NCBI GenBank assembly: GCA_964495385.1
Contig: CAZBVO010000006.1
Span: 8,257-72,256, forward strand
Reading direction: 5' to 3'
DNA from: an uncultured Faecalibacterium sp.
GTDB taxonomy: Bacteria; Bacillota; Clostridia; Christensenellales; CAG-917
Length of the DNA stretch: 64,000 nt
Each line of letters starts with the position of its first letter. The stretch's first letter is position 1. Of this stretch, positions 18,291 through 27,130 are shown one piece after another. Both the position numbers and the translations under genes were made by a program. The notes beneath the pieces are model-generated. The model made no database searches. It was not told the origin of the DNA and saw nothing but the letters and a program-made list of their open reading frames with translations.

Positions 18291-19631
18291 ATGAACGGAA
18301 AAATACATTTTATCGGTGCGGGCGGGGCAAGCATCAGCGTGCTGGTCAGAATTGCAAAAAGCTTGGGAGCGGAGGTTTCGGCTTGCGACCGAGTTTTTGG
18401 CAGTAGAATCGAAAAACTTAAAGCCGAAGGATACGACGTCTACGTCGGGCATCGCCCGGAAGCGGTTGCGGGGGCAACGGAAGTTGTGTATTCTGGGGCC
18501 GTACCTAAAGAAAACGTCGAAATTAAGGCCGCCGAAAAACTGGGGATAAAAACAACCGAGCGAGGCGAGTTTTTGGGACGGCTATCTAAAAGCTTCGACC
18601 GGACAGTGGCCGTTGCCGGAACGCACGGAAAAACGACGGTATCCGGATTGATTGCTTCCTGTTACCGTGCCGCAGGGCAAAATTTTTGTGCCCACGTCGG
18701 CGGAGACGTTGTGGATTTTGACGGCGGTTTTTATTTTTCGGGAACGGACACGTTGGTTACCGAGGCGTGCGAGTACCGAAAAAGTTTTTTGAGTTTGCAT
18801 CCGTCCGTTGCAGTGGTTTTGAACGTCGAGCCCGATCATTCGGACACCTATGCAAACCGCGACGAATTGTTCGCTTCGTTCGAGCGTTTTGTCGGCAACG
18901 CTTTTTCGTCGGGAGGTATTGCGGTGATGCCCCTTAGCGACAAATTTTATCATATGCACAAGTGGGCAGACGGCGAAGTGTTGACGTACGGAATCGGTGG
19001 CGGTGCCGACGTATGCGCCGAAAACTTTTGCCTTATAAACGGCAAACCGAGTTTTGATGCGGTGGTTTTCGGGAAGCATTACGGGCACGTCGACTGCGCC
19101 CTTTTCGGGGAACACAATGCAATGAATGCACTTGCGTGCATAGCCGCTTGTGTGCATGAAAACATAGATAAATATGCTGTTTTGAACACATTAACATCTT
19201 TTCGCGGCATCAAATGCAGATATGAACATATTTGCACGGTAAACGGCAATTCGGTTGTTTCGGACTATGCACATCACCCTTCCGAGATAGCGGCACTTGT
19301 GCGTACGGCACGCACGGAAGGCAAAAAAACCGTGCTGTGTTTTCAGCCGCACACCTATATGCGAACCGCCGCTTTGTTTGACGGTTTTGTGTCGGCGCTG
19401 TCGGAGGCCGACGAGATTTTTTTGGTGAAAACCTATTCGGTGAGGGAAGGGGCGGAACTGTCGCACATGGACCAAAAGCTGTTTGACGCACTGCCTTCAA
19501 AAAAGAAAAAGTGCCTGTGCGCCGACGTTTGGGAGGCGGCAGAACGTATCAAATGCCTGCCTCCCGACAGTTGCACGGTGCTTACGGCAGGTGCCGGCGA
19601 CATAACCGAGATAGGAAAATTTTTGCAATAA
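18291..19631 (+). CDS. murC: UDP-N-acetylmuramate--L-alanine ligase
   Basis: 446 aa. IHFIGAGGASIS N-terminal fold, GTHGKTT P-loop, DYAHHPSE motif. Confidence 0.92.
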   Translation: MNGKIHFIGAGGASISVLVRIAKSLGAEVSACDRVFGSRIEKLKAEGYDVYVGHRPEAVAGATEVVYSGAVPKENVEIKAAEKLGIKTTERGEFLGRLSKSFDRTVAVAGTHGKTTVSGLIASCYRAAGQNFCAHVGGDVVDFDGGFYFSGTDTLVTEACEYRKSFLSLHPSVAVVLNVEPDHSDTYANRDELFASFERFVGNAFSSGGIAVMPLSDKFYHMHKWADGEVLTYGIGGGADVCAENFCLINGKPSFDAVVFGKHYGHVDCALFGEHNAMNALACIAACVHENIDKYAVLNTLTSFRGIKCRYEHICTVNGNSVVSDYAHHPSEIAALVRTARTEGKKTVLCFQPHTYMRTAALFDGFVSALSEADEIFLVKTYSVREGAELSHMDQKLFDALPSKKKKCLCADVWEAAERIKCLPPDSCTVLTAGAGDITEIGKFLQ

Positions 19632-19635
19632 AAAA

Positions 19636-19660
19636 CCTCCGCCGAGCGGAGGTGTTTTTT
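19636..19660. terminator. bidirectional terminator (murC / MDR gene)
   Basis: cctccgc/gcggagg stem flanked by AAAAA and TTTTTT. Confidence 0.6.
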
Positions 19661-20669
19661 AGCATTTGACCACAACTTTTTGATAAGGCGTTTTAGTTTC
19701 GACGGCCGCAAGCTCGGCCATTTTGCGAGGTACGTCCTCAAATTCGATTTCAACGTCCACAAGGCCGTCGGTCTGGATTGCATGGTTGGCAAGCAGGTTG
19801 ATTGCCGAGTAAAATTCGCCGTAGCCGTTTTTGACGCCGATGACGGAAAGCTGTTTTTCCAAAACTTCGCAAAGGTTGAAATTGACGGTTGCGTTTTCCA
19901 AGTGGTGTCCGACCACAACCACGGTGCCAGTTTCTTTGGTTATGGTTGTAGCGTAATTCGGACTCATGCCGCCTCTTATTTCATACACGCAGTACTCGGC
20001 CATTTCGCCGCCGGTGATTTGTTTGACGCGTTCGCCGACGTTTGCGCCGGTAGGGTTTATGGTGTAGTACACTCCGTAGCTTGCCGCCAAATCGAGTTTT
20101 GCCTGATCGGTGTCGATAAGCACCGGCACGATTTGATAGTAAAGCGCAAGCTGGGCGATGACGTTGCCCAAGGTGTTGGCCCCCAAAATGGTGATATACT
20201 GTCCCTTTTCGACGTGCAACGCTTCTATTGCTTTTATGCCGAGAGCGATATATTCGGTAAAAAGGGCCGCATCGTCCGAAATGCCTTCCGGAAGGATGTA
20301 AGCTTTTTCATGCGGTACGGTGGCAAAATCTGCCAAAAAACCGTCGGTGTCCAAACCTCTTATTTTGACGTCCGGAGCCAGAACCCGTTTTTTGTTGTAC
20401 GTCGTGTCCTCGTCCATATCGTACGGGCACAGAACAACCCTTTCGCCCTTTTGCAGGCCGGCCAGTTCGTTGGCTTCGCTGATTTGTCCCACGGCACTCA
20501 TAACCGGCACGATAGGAAACATTGCGCCGCCAAGCCCTTTGTACAGTTCGAGGTCGGTGCATGCCAAAGATGCCCGATTGACTTTTACTTTCACTTCGCC
20601 GGCATCAACCGAGCCGTCCAGTTCGACGAGCTTGAGTTCGCCTTTCGAAACAATTTGCCAAGCTTTCAT
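19659..20669 (-). CDS. medium-chain dehydrogenase/reductase-like protein (degenerate motifs)
   Basis: GroES-like N-terminus (MKAWQIVSKGELKLVE...ACTDLELYKG) plus a Rossmann-like domain. ATG 20669 follows AGGGGA. See the finding on missing Zn ligands. Confidence 0.75.
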   Translation of the reverse strand: MKAWQIVSKGELKLVELDGSVDAGEVKVKVNRASLACTDLELYKGLGGAMFPIVPVMSAVGQISEANELAGLQKGERVVLCPYDMDEDTTYNKKRVLAPDVKIRGLDTDGFLADFATVPHEKAYILPEGISDDAALFTEYIALGIKAIEALHVEKGQYITILGANTLGNVIAQLALYYQIVPVLIDTDQAKLDLAASYGVYYTINPTGANVGERVKQITGGEMAEYCVYEIRGGMSPNYATTITKETGTVVVVGHHLENATVNFNLCEVLEKQLSVIGVKNGYGEFYSAINLLANHAIQTDGLVDVEIEFEDVPRKMAELAAVETKTPYQKVVVKC

Positions 20670-20798
20670 ACGATTCCCCTTTGTCTGTTTTCCGAACGAA
20701 ATCATTATAGCACACCTTGCGGGCTTTGTAAACGGATAATCGAAGGTTCTTAAAAAAAATAAATTTGTAAAAATTTTTAAAAAACGGGGCGTTTTTTG

Positions 20799-20827
20799 TT
20801 GACTAATAGTTTATTTATTCCTATAAT
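20799..20827 (+). promoter_or_regulatory. putative sigma-A promoter of rpmE
   Basis: TTGACT, 17-nt spacer, TATAAT. Confidence 0.6.
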
Positions 20828-20883
20828 TATAAAGCAAAATTGTGTAACTACGCGCGGCTGTTGCGGCGCAAACGGAGGTAAAA

Positions 20884-21093
20884 ATGCAAGAAAAAATTCA
20901 TCCGGATTATCATGAGGTTACCGTGCAGTGCGCATGCGGTGCTTCTTTCAAGAGCGGTACCACCAAAAAAACCGACGTGATTAAAGTTGAAATCTGCAGC
21001 AACTGTCATCCATACTTCACCGGCAAGCAGAAACTGGTTGATACCGGCGGTCGTGTTGACAAGTTCAAGAAACGCTATAATCTTGACAAATAA
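20884..21093 (+). CDS. rpmE: 50S ribosomal protein L31 (Cys-containing, zinc-type)
   Basis: 69 aa, [19 protein letters not shown]...[13 protein letters not shown]. Confidence 0.95.
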   Translation: MQEKIHPDYHEVTVQCACGASFKSGTTKKTDVIKVEICSNCHPYFTGKQKLVDTGGRVDKFKKRYNLDK

Positions 21094-21105
21094 CTGAAAA
21101 TCGAA

Positions 21106-21140
21106 ATGCAGAGTTTTGGTCTATAACTCTGCATTTTTTG
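21106..21140 (+). terminator. intrinsic terminator or attenuator after rpmE
   Basis: atgcagagtt/aactctgcat perfect 10-bp stem followed by TTTTT. Confidence 0.7.
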
Positions 21141-21160
21141 TATTTCAAACGGAGAAAATT

Positions 21161-22951
21161 TTGAAGAAAAACGTTGTTTCCAAAATCGGCGGTCAGGCGG
21201 TTATGGAGGGCGTCATGATGCGCGGCGAGCACAGCATGGCCACCGCAGTCCGTAACGCCGCAGGGGAAATCACCGTCGAGAGCAAAAGATTTAAGGACAC
21301 AAAACAAAAAAGATTTTGGACGAAAGTGCCGGTAGTCAGGGGCGTCATCAATTTCGTGCAAATGATGTACACGGGCGTGGGAATAACCATTCGTTCGGCC
21401 GAGGTTGCCGGCGAGGATTACGAGCCGTCCGCTTTCGAAAAAAAGCTTTCCGAAAAAACAAACGTCGACATCATGAAAGTGGCGATGGGCTTTTCCGTTG
21501 TTTTGGGAATAGTTCTGGCCGTTGCGCTGTTTGTGGTTTTGCCTGAATTTTTGGTGGGATTGCTGTTCAAAATACCTGCTCTTACGTCCTGGCCGGGCTG
21601 GATTTACAATCTTATGACCGGTCTTGTTCGCATAGGTATTTTCGTAATCTACATCGCGGCCTGCTCGAAAGTGCAGGAGGTGGCAAGGTTGTTTAAGTAC
21701 CACGGCGCCGAACACAAAACCATAAACTGTTTCGAATCAGGCGAAGAACTTACCGTCGAAAACGTTCAGAAGCACTCCACAAAGCACAAACGTTGCGGCA
21801 CGACGTTTTTGTTTTTGGTTATGCTTGTCAGCATATTGGTGTTCAGCGTCGCCACGTCGCTTTTGGCAGAGCTTGGGCTGGACGTGTCCAAAATTTGGCT
21901 CAGAACGTTGTTTAAAATAGCTCTTTTGCCGCTTGTTGCAGGCCTTAGCTACGAACTTTTGAAGCTTTTGGCCAAGGGCGACAACTTTTTGTTTAACGTT
22001 ATAAGGGCGCCGGGAATGTGGCTGCAAAGTTTGACCACAAAACAGCCGGACGACGATATGGTAGAAGTGGCGATTCAGGCGTTCAAAACCGTTCAGAACA
22101 TGGATGCCGACCAAACCGTGCCTACTCAGGACTTCGTCATCAAACTGCCGTATGCCCGAGTCAGGGAAAAACTGGAGGCGATTTTGTCTGCTTCCGAATT
22201 TGAAAGTGCCGACATCGATTGGATTTTGTGCGACGTGTTGCGGACGGCAAGAAGCGAACTTTCTTTAGTGGGGTTTGTAGACGAAGAAAACTTGCGCTTG
22301 GCCGAAAAACTTGCTCGCGAACGCGCGACGCACAGGCCGCTTCAATACGTTTTGGGCTACACCGATTTTTACGGAGCAAAAATTACCGTCTCCGAAAGCG
22401 TGTTGGTGCCTCGCCCGGAAACCGAAATTTTGGTTGACAAAGTCAAACAGTTTGTCGAAAACAAAAAAGTGCTGGACCTTTGTACGGGAAGCGGAGCAAT
22501 AGCCGTGGCACTCAAAAAAACGGTTCCTTCCGCCGACGTTACGGCTTCGGACGTAAGCACGAGTGCTTTGGACGTGGCTTCGTACAACGCAACCTTGAAC
22601 GATGCGGACGTAAAATTCGTTTTGTCGGATATGTTTGAAAACGTCGAATCGGTTTACGACGTCATTGTGTCCAATCCGCCGTATATAAAAACGGCCGATA
22701 TCGCTACGTTGGATTCCGACGTGAAGGATTTTGAACCGCATTCTGCCCTTGACGGTGGCGAAGACGGGCTGGACTTTTACCGCATTATTGCCAAAAACGC
22801 AAAAGCGCATCTTTCAGAGGGAGGCGTTTTGGCGATGGAGTTCGGCATCGGACAGGAAACTGCCCTAAAACAAATGTTCGAAGAAGTGTTCGACGAGGTT
22901 TCGGTGCTTAACGATTTTGCGGATATACCGCGCATACTTATTTGCAAATAG
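21161..22951 (+). CDS. prmC: DUF1385 membrane domain fused to release-factor glutamine N5-methyltransferase PrmC
   Basis: N-terminal IGGQAVMEGVMMRG...YHGAEHKTINC (DUF1385) plus hydrophobic helices. C-terminal HRPLQYVLGYTDFYG...VLDLCTGSGAIAV...VSNPPYI (PrmC/HemK). I prefer the TTG at 21161 after GGAG, because the track's ATG 21116 lies inside the rpmE terminator loop. Confidence 0.85.
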   Translation: MKKNVVSKIGGQAVMEGVMMRGEHSMATAVRNAAGEITVESKRFKDTKQKRFWTKVPVVRGVINFVQMMYTGVGITIRSAEVAGEDYEPSAFEKKLSEKTNVDIMKVAMGFSVVLGIVLAVALFVVLPEFLVGLLFKIPALTSWPGWIYNLMTGLVRIGIFVIYIAACSKVQEVARLFKYHGAEHKTINCFESGEELTVENVQKHSTKHKRCGTTFLFLVMLVSILVFSVATSLLAELGLDVSKIWLRTLFKIALLPLVAGLSYELLKLLAKGDNFLFNVIRAPGMWLQSLTTKQPDDDMVEVAIQAFKTVQNMDADQTVPTQDFVIKLPYARVREKLEAILSASEFESADIDWILCDVLRTARSELSLVGFVDEENLRLAEKLARERATHRPLQYVLGYTDFYGAKITVSESVLVPRPETEILVDKVKQFVENKKVLDLCTGSGAIAVALKKTVPSADVTASDVSTSALDVASYNATLNDADVKFVLSDMFENVESVYDVIVSNPPYIKTADIATLDSDVKDFEPHSALDGGEDGLDFYRIIAKNAKAHLSEGGVLAMEFGIGQETALKQMFEEVFDEVSVLNDFADIPRILICK

Positions 22952-22960
22952 GAGATTTTT

Positions 22961-24028
22961 ATGTTTGATAAGCTTCAATTGATGAAGGAAAGATTCAATT
23001 ATCTTACCGACGAAATATCTAAACCGGAGGTTATTGCCGACCGTGAACTTTGGCAAAAACTGGTTAAGGAACACTCGGACCTTCAGACCGTAGTCGAAAA
23101 GTACGACGAATATCTTGCCGCTCAAAAAGCGTTTGACGAGGCAAAAGAACTTTTGTCCTCCGGCGACGACGAACTTAAAGAGTTGGCCAAGGCGGAATTT
23201 GAAGAGTATAAAGAAAAAATGGAAACTCTCACCGCAGAGTTGAAAATTTTGCTGTTGCCTAAGGATCCTAACGACGGCAAAAACGTCGTTATCGAAGTTC
23301 GTGCAGGGGCAGGCGGCGAAGAAGCCGGTTTGTTCGGAGCAGAACTGGTCAGGATGTACAAACGCTATGCCGAGCGTCATCGCTGGGCAATCGAGGAGGT
23401 TTCCGAAAACATAACGGATTTGGGCGGCGTTAAGGAAGTTTCCTTTATCGTCAAGGGCAACGGAGCGTACAGTAAGCTTAAGTTCGAAAGCGGCGTGCAC
23501 CGTGTTCAGCGCGTTCCGGAAACGGAAAGCCAGGGTAGGGTTCACACCTCTACCGCAACCGTAGCCGTGCTTCCGGAGGCCGAGGACGTTGAAGTTCAAA
23601 TCGACGAAAAAGACCTTAAAATCGACCGTTTCAGAAGCGGCGGCGCAGGCGGACAGCACGTCAACAAGACGGAATCGGCAATCCGCATAACGCACCTTCC
23701 GACGGGCATCGTGGTTGTTTGCGAAGACGAACGCAGTCAGATAAAAAACCACGAAAAAGCCATGAAAATTTTGAAGACTCGTCTTTACGATTATTATCAG
23801 ACCATGGCCACCAAAGCAATAACCGACAAACGTTCGGCGCAGGTTGGCACGGGCGACAGAAGCGAGCGCATCCGCACCTACAATTTTCCTCAGGGACGCG
23901 TTTCCGATCACCGCATAGGCCTTACGCTCTACAGCCTCGGCTCCTTTATGGACGGCGACCTCGATGAGATGATCGAAGCATTGCAAATCGCAAATCAGAA
24001 CGCTCAGCTTACCTCAATCGACGAGTAA
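22961..24028 (+). CDS. prfA: peptide chain release factor 1
   Basis: 355 aa. GGQHVNKTESAIRITHLPTG (GGQ motif) and PET-region RVHTSTATVAVLPE. Confidence 0.95.
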   Translation: MFDKLQLMKERFNYLTDEISKPEVIADRELWQKLVKEHSDLQTVVEKYDEYLAAQKAFDEAKELLSSGDDELKELAKAEFEEYKEKMETLTAELKILLLPKDPNDGKNVVIEVRAGAGGEEAGLFGAELVRMYKRYAERHRWAIEEVSENITDLGGVKEVSFIVKGNGAYSKLKFESGVHRVQRVPETESQGRVHTSTATVAVLPEAEDVEVQIDEKDLKIDRFRSGGAGGQHVNKTESAIRITHLPTGIVVVCEDERSQIKNHEKAMKILKTRLYDYYQTMATKAITDKRSAQVGTGDRSERIRTYNFPQGRVSDHRIGLTLYSLGSFMDGDLDEMIEALQIANQNAQLTSIDE

Positions 24029-24062
24029 AGTTGCGATTTGGTAAAATAACCGAAAATATTCG

Positions 24063-24097
24063 GCCGCACGGGCAATATTTTGCCGTGCGGCTTTTTT
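24063..24097 (+). terminator. intrinsic terminator after prfA
   Basis: gccgcacgg/ccgtgcggc stem followed by TTTTTT. Confidence 0.7.
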
Positions 24098-24158
24098 GTG
24101 CTGTTTTTCCCCTAAATTTTCAATTTGGGCAAAAAAAATAAAGTTTTTCAAAAACCTG

Positions 24159-24187
24159 TTGAAATATTATAAAATAACTGTTATAAT
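24159..24187 (+). promoter_or_regulatory. putative sigma-A promoter of the P-loop/thrC/trpS/DUF5685 operon
   Basis: TTGAAA, 17-nt spacer ending in TGT, TATAAT. Confidence 0.6.
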
Positions 24188-24228
24188 AAATATATTAAAC
24201 AAAAATTTCCGAACGGAGGTACACTATT

Positions 24229-24636
24229 ATGGTTCGCATTGTTTACGGTGCAAAAGGAAGCGGAAAAACCAAAAAAGTTATCGATATGGCAAACGACAGT
24301 ATCGAAAAGACAAACGGCGACATCGTTTTCATCACCGACACGAACAGGTACATGTATGACGTCAAATATCAAATTCGCGCACTCAACGTCGCCGAACATA
24401 AAATTGACACCGAAGAGTCTTTTGTCGGTTTCATAAAGGGACTTATTGCCGGCAATCACGACATCAACCTTATTTATATCGACGGTGCTCACCGAATCTG
24501 CAAAAAGGACATTTCCGAAATGCAGTCTTTTTATGACGAAATCAACGAAATCGCAACCGCTCACAACATCGAATTTGTCGTTTGCGTCAGCTGCGATTTG
24601 CCGGATATGCCGGAATATCTGAAAAAATATCTCTGA
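24229..24636 (+). CDS. small stand-alone P-loop NTPase, function unknown
   Basis: 135 aa. Walker A GAKGSGKT at residues 7-14 and a Walker-B-like LIYIDGA. GGAGG RBS. First gene behind a consensus promoter. Confidence 0.7.
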   Translation: MVRIVYGAKGSGKTKKVIDMANDSIEKTNGDIVFITDTNRYMYDVKYQIRALNVAEHKIDTEESFVGFIKGLIAGNHDINLIYIDGAHRICKKDISEMQSFYDEINEIATAHNIEFVVCVSCDLPDMPEYLKKYL

Positions 24637-24650
24637 TAAGGGAGACGAAA

Positions 24651-26114
24651 ATGGAATTCACATCGACGAGAGGTCTTGTCGGCATAACTGCCGGCGAGGC
24701 TGTTCTGAACGGTACGGCCGAAGGCGGCGGGCTTTATGTTCCGACGTCTTTTCCTGTTTTTTCGGCGGATGAAATTGCGGGTTTATGCTCGCTTTCGTAT
24801 GCCGAGCGGGTTGCGACGGTTTTGCAGAAGTTTTTTACGGACTTCAGTTTTTACGAGCTTTTGGATTATGCCGAAAAGGCATATTCGACTTTTGATGAGC
24901 CGTGTCCCGTCGTGAAACTCGAGGACGGAAGCTTTGTGGCCGAGCTGTGGCACGGCCCGACGTCGACGTGCAAGGATATGTCGTTTGCGCTTTTGCCTTA
25001 TTTGATTACGGCAGCGAAACGCAAACTGGGGATAAAAACCAAAAGTCTGGCCGTGTTTGCCACTTCCGGCAACACCGGCAAGGCGGCTCTCGAAAGCTTC
25101 ACCGCAGAGGGCGGCACCGAACTTGTGGTGGCCTATCCGGATGCGGTTATGGATTATTTGCAAAAACTTCAACTGGTGACTCACGTCGGCAAAAATGCTC
25201 ACGTTTTCGGGGTTCAGGGGAGTTTTGCCGAGGTTAAAAACGAACTCAACAAATTGCTTTCGGACAAGGCAAACAAAAAAACTTTGGCCGAATGCGGTTT
25301 TGAACAAATAGACGTGTCCAGCGTAAACTGGGGCAGATTGTGCGCTCAGATTGCCTATTGCTTTTCGGTGTACGCCGACCTTACGGCAAGCGGCGAAATC
25401 GATAAAGGACAAAAAATAAACTGTTGCGTTACCGCTTCGTCGGGTTCGCAGTTGGCGGCAGCGTATTACGCCAAAAAAATGGGCTTGCCGATTGACAGGA
25501 TAATCGTTGCGGTCAACGAAAACAACGGATTGGCCGAGTTTTTCAACACCGGGACGTATCGTCCGTCGCAAACCGTTTCCACAAACACGCCGTCGCTTGA
25601 CGCAAACAGGTGCCGCAACTTAGAAAGAATCGTTTTTGAAATATGCGGCAGAGACGCCGAATTTGTCAAAAACAAAATGGACGAGTTTGAAAAAACCGGA
25701 ATTTTGAAAGTCGACGCCAAACTGCTTAAAGACTGCGATATCGTTTGCGGCTATGCCACGCACGACGAGATTATCGACACGATCGAAGGGGAGTTCGAGG
25801 AAAACGATTACGTTCCTGATCCGCACACAGCGGCCGCGCTCAGCGTTTGGATTGACTATTTGACTCAGGCCGAGGACGAAACCGTTACCGTCGTTTTCGG
25901 GACGGCCAGCCCGTTCAGGTATCCGACCGACGTGCTGTTCGCCATCAGCGAGGACTACGTTCGCGATCCGATAAAGGCGATAAAAAAGCTTGAGGACGCC
26001 ACCGCACTGGATGCGCCCGAAGCGTTGAAGCGGCTTAAAAACCTGCCGATAGTGCACAATAAAATTGTCGATCTTGCCGATGCGAGAGCGACCGTTCTGA
26101 ATTTTATAAAGTAA
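24651..26114 (+). CDS. thrC: threonine synthase (long form)
   Basis: MEFTSTRG...GGLYVP N-terminus and a PLP-lysine region HGPTSTCKDMS. ATG 24651 follows GGGAGA; the track's 24582 start is rejected. Confidence 0.88.
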   Translation: MEFTSTRGLVGITAGEAVLNGTAEGGGLYVPTSFPVFSADEIAGLCSLSYAERVATVLQKFFTDFSFYELLDYAEKAYSTFDEPCPVVKLEDGSFVAELWHGPTSTCKDMSFALLPYLITAAKRKLGIKTKSLAVFATSGNTGKAALESFTAEGGTELVVAYPDAVMDYLQKLQLVTHVGKNAHVFGVQGSFAEVKNELNKLLSDKANKKTLAECGFEQIDVSSVNWGRLCAQIAYCFSVYADLTASGEIDKGQKINCCVTASSGSQLAAAYYAKKMGLPIDRIIVAVNENNGLAEFFNTGTYRPSQTVSTNTPSLDANRCRNLERIVFEICGRDAEFVKNKMDEFEKTGILKVDAKLLKDCDIVCGYATHDEIIDTIEGEFEENDYVPDPHTAAALSVWIDYLTQAEDETVTVVFGTASPFRYPTDVLFAISEDYVRDPIKAIKKLEDATALDAPEALKRLKNLPIVHNKIVDLADARATVLNFIK

Positions 26115-26131
26115 TTTTAGGAGACACGATT

Positions 26132-27130
26132 ATGGATAACAAAGTGGTTTACACTGCCTTTAAGCCGACAGGCGACCTGCAACTCGGGAACTATATCGGC
26201 GCACTCAGAAACCTGGTCAATTTGCAGGAGGAGCATAGGTGTGTATATATGGTTGCGGATATGCACAGCATAACCGTTGACAACTTGCCTGCGGATTTGA
26301 GACGCAGAAGTTATGATTTTATGGCGCTGTTTCTGGCCATGGGGCTTGATCCGGAGAAGTGCATTCTTGCGGTTCAGTCGCACGTTCCGGAGCATGCCGA
26401 ACTTGCTTGGGTGCTTAATTGCCACACTCAGTTCGGAGAAGCAAGACGCATGACTCAGTTTAAGGACAAGAGCGCAAAAAATCCCGAAAACGTCAACGTC
26501 GGGCTGTTTGCTTATCCTACGCTCATGGCCGCCGACATTTTGTTGTATCAAACCGATTACGTGCCTATCGGGAAGGACCAAAAGCAGCATCTCGAACTCG
26601 CACGCACCGTGGCCGAACGTTTCAACAACAAGTACAGCCCGACCTTTGTCGTGCCGGAGGGCATAATTCCTAAACAGGGTGCAAAAATTCAAAACTTGCT
26701 GGATCCGACCGCCAAGATGGGCAAAACCGACGACAACTCGAACGGCGTAGTGTTTTTGCTGGACGACGAAGACACTGTTATGCGCAAGTTTAAACGCGCA
26801 GTGACCGACAGCGGAACGGAAATAGTGGCCCGTGCCGACAAACCGGGCATTTCAAACTTGTTGACCATTTACTCCGTGTTCCACGGATGCACGGTTGCGG
26901 AAGCGGAAAAGCAGTTTGCAGGCGTAAGTTATGCCGAGTTTAAACAGGCGGTGGGCGAAGCGGTGTGCGATCATCTTAGACCGATAAAGCAACGCTACAA
27001 CGAAATAGTTGCCGACAAAGCGTATATGAACTCGGTTATGAAAACGGGTGCCGAAAAAGCAAGATACGTTGCCTCGAAAACGTTGTCGAAAGTTTACCGC
27101 AAAATCGGCTTCGTAAACTACGACAAATAA
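26132..27130 (+). CDS. trpS: tryptophan--tRNA ligase
   Basis: 332 aa. FKPTGDLQLGNYIGA (HIGH-class region) and KMGKTDD (KMSKS-class). Confidence 0.93.
   Translation: MDNKVVYTAFKPTGDLQLGNYIGALRNLVNLQEEHRCVYMVADMHSITVDNLPADLRRRSYDFMALFLAMGLDPEKCILAVQSHVPEHAELAWVLNCHTQFGEARRMTQFKDKSAKNPENVNVGLFAYPTLMAADILLYQTDYVPIGKDQKQHLELARTVAERFNNKYSPTFVVPEGIIPKQGAKIQNLLDPTAKMGKTDDNSNGVVFLLDDEDTVMRKFKRAVTDSGTEIVARADKPGISNLLTIYSVFHGCTVAEAEKQFAGVSYAEFKQAVGEAVCDHLRPIKQRYNEIVADKAYMNSVMKTGAEKARYVASKTLSKVYRKIGFVNYDK

Noticed and set aside
21116-21160. ATG 21116 as the start of the DUF1385-PrmC gene.
   Set aside because: This ATG sits in the loop of the rpmE terminator hairpin (21106-21134) and lacks an RBS. The in-frame TTG at 21161 is preceded by GGAG at the correct spacing.
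26115-26131. A possible T-box leader upstream of trpS.
   Set aside because: Only 17 nt separate thrC and trpS. A T-box needs about 200 nt.
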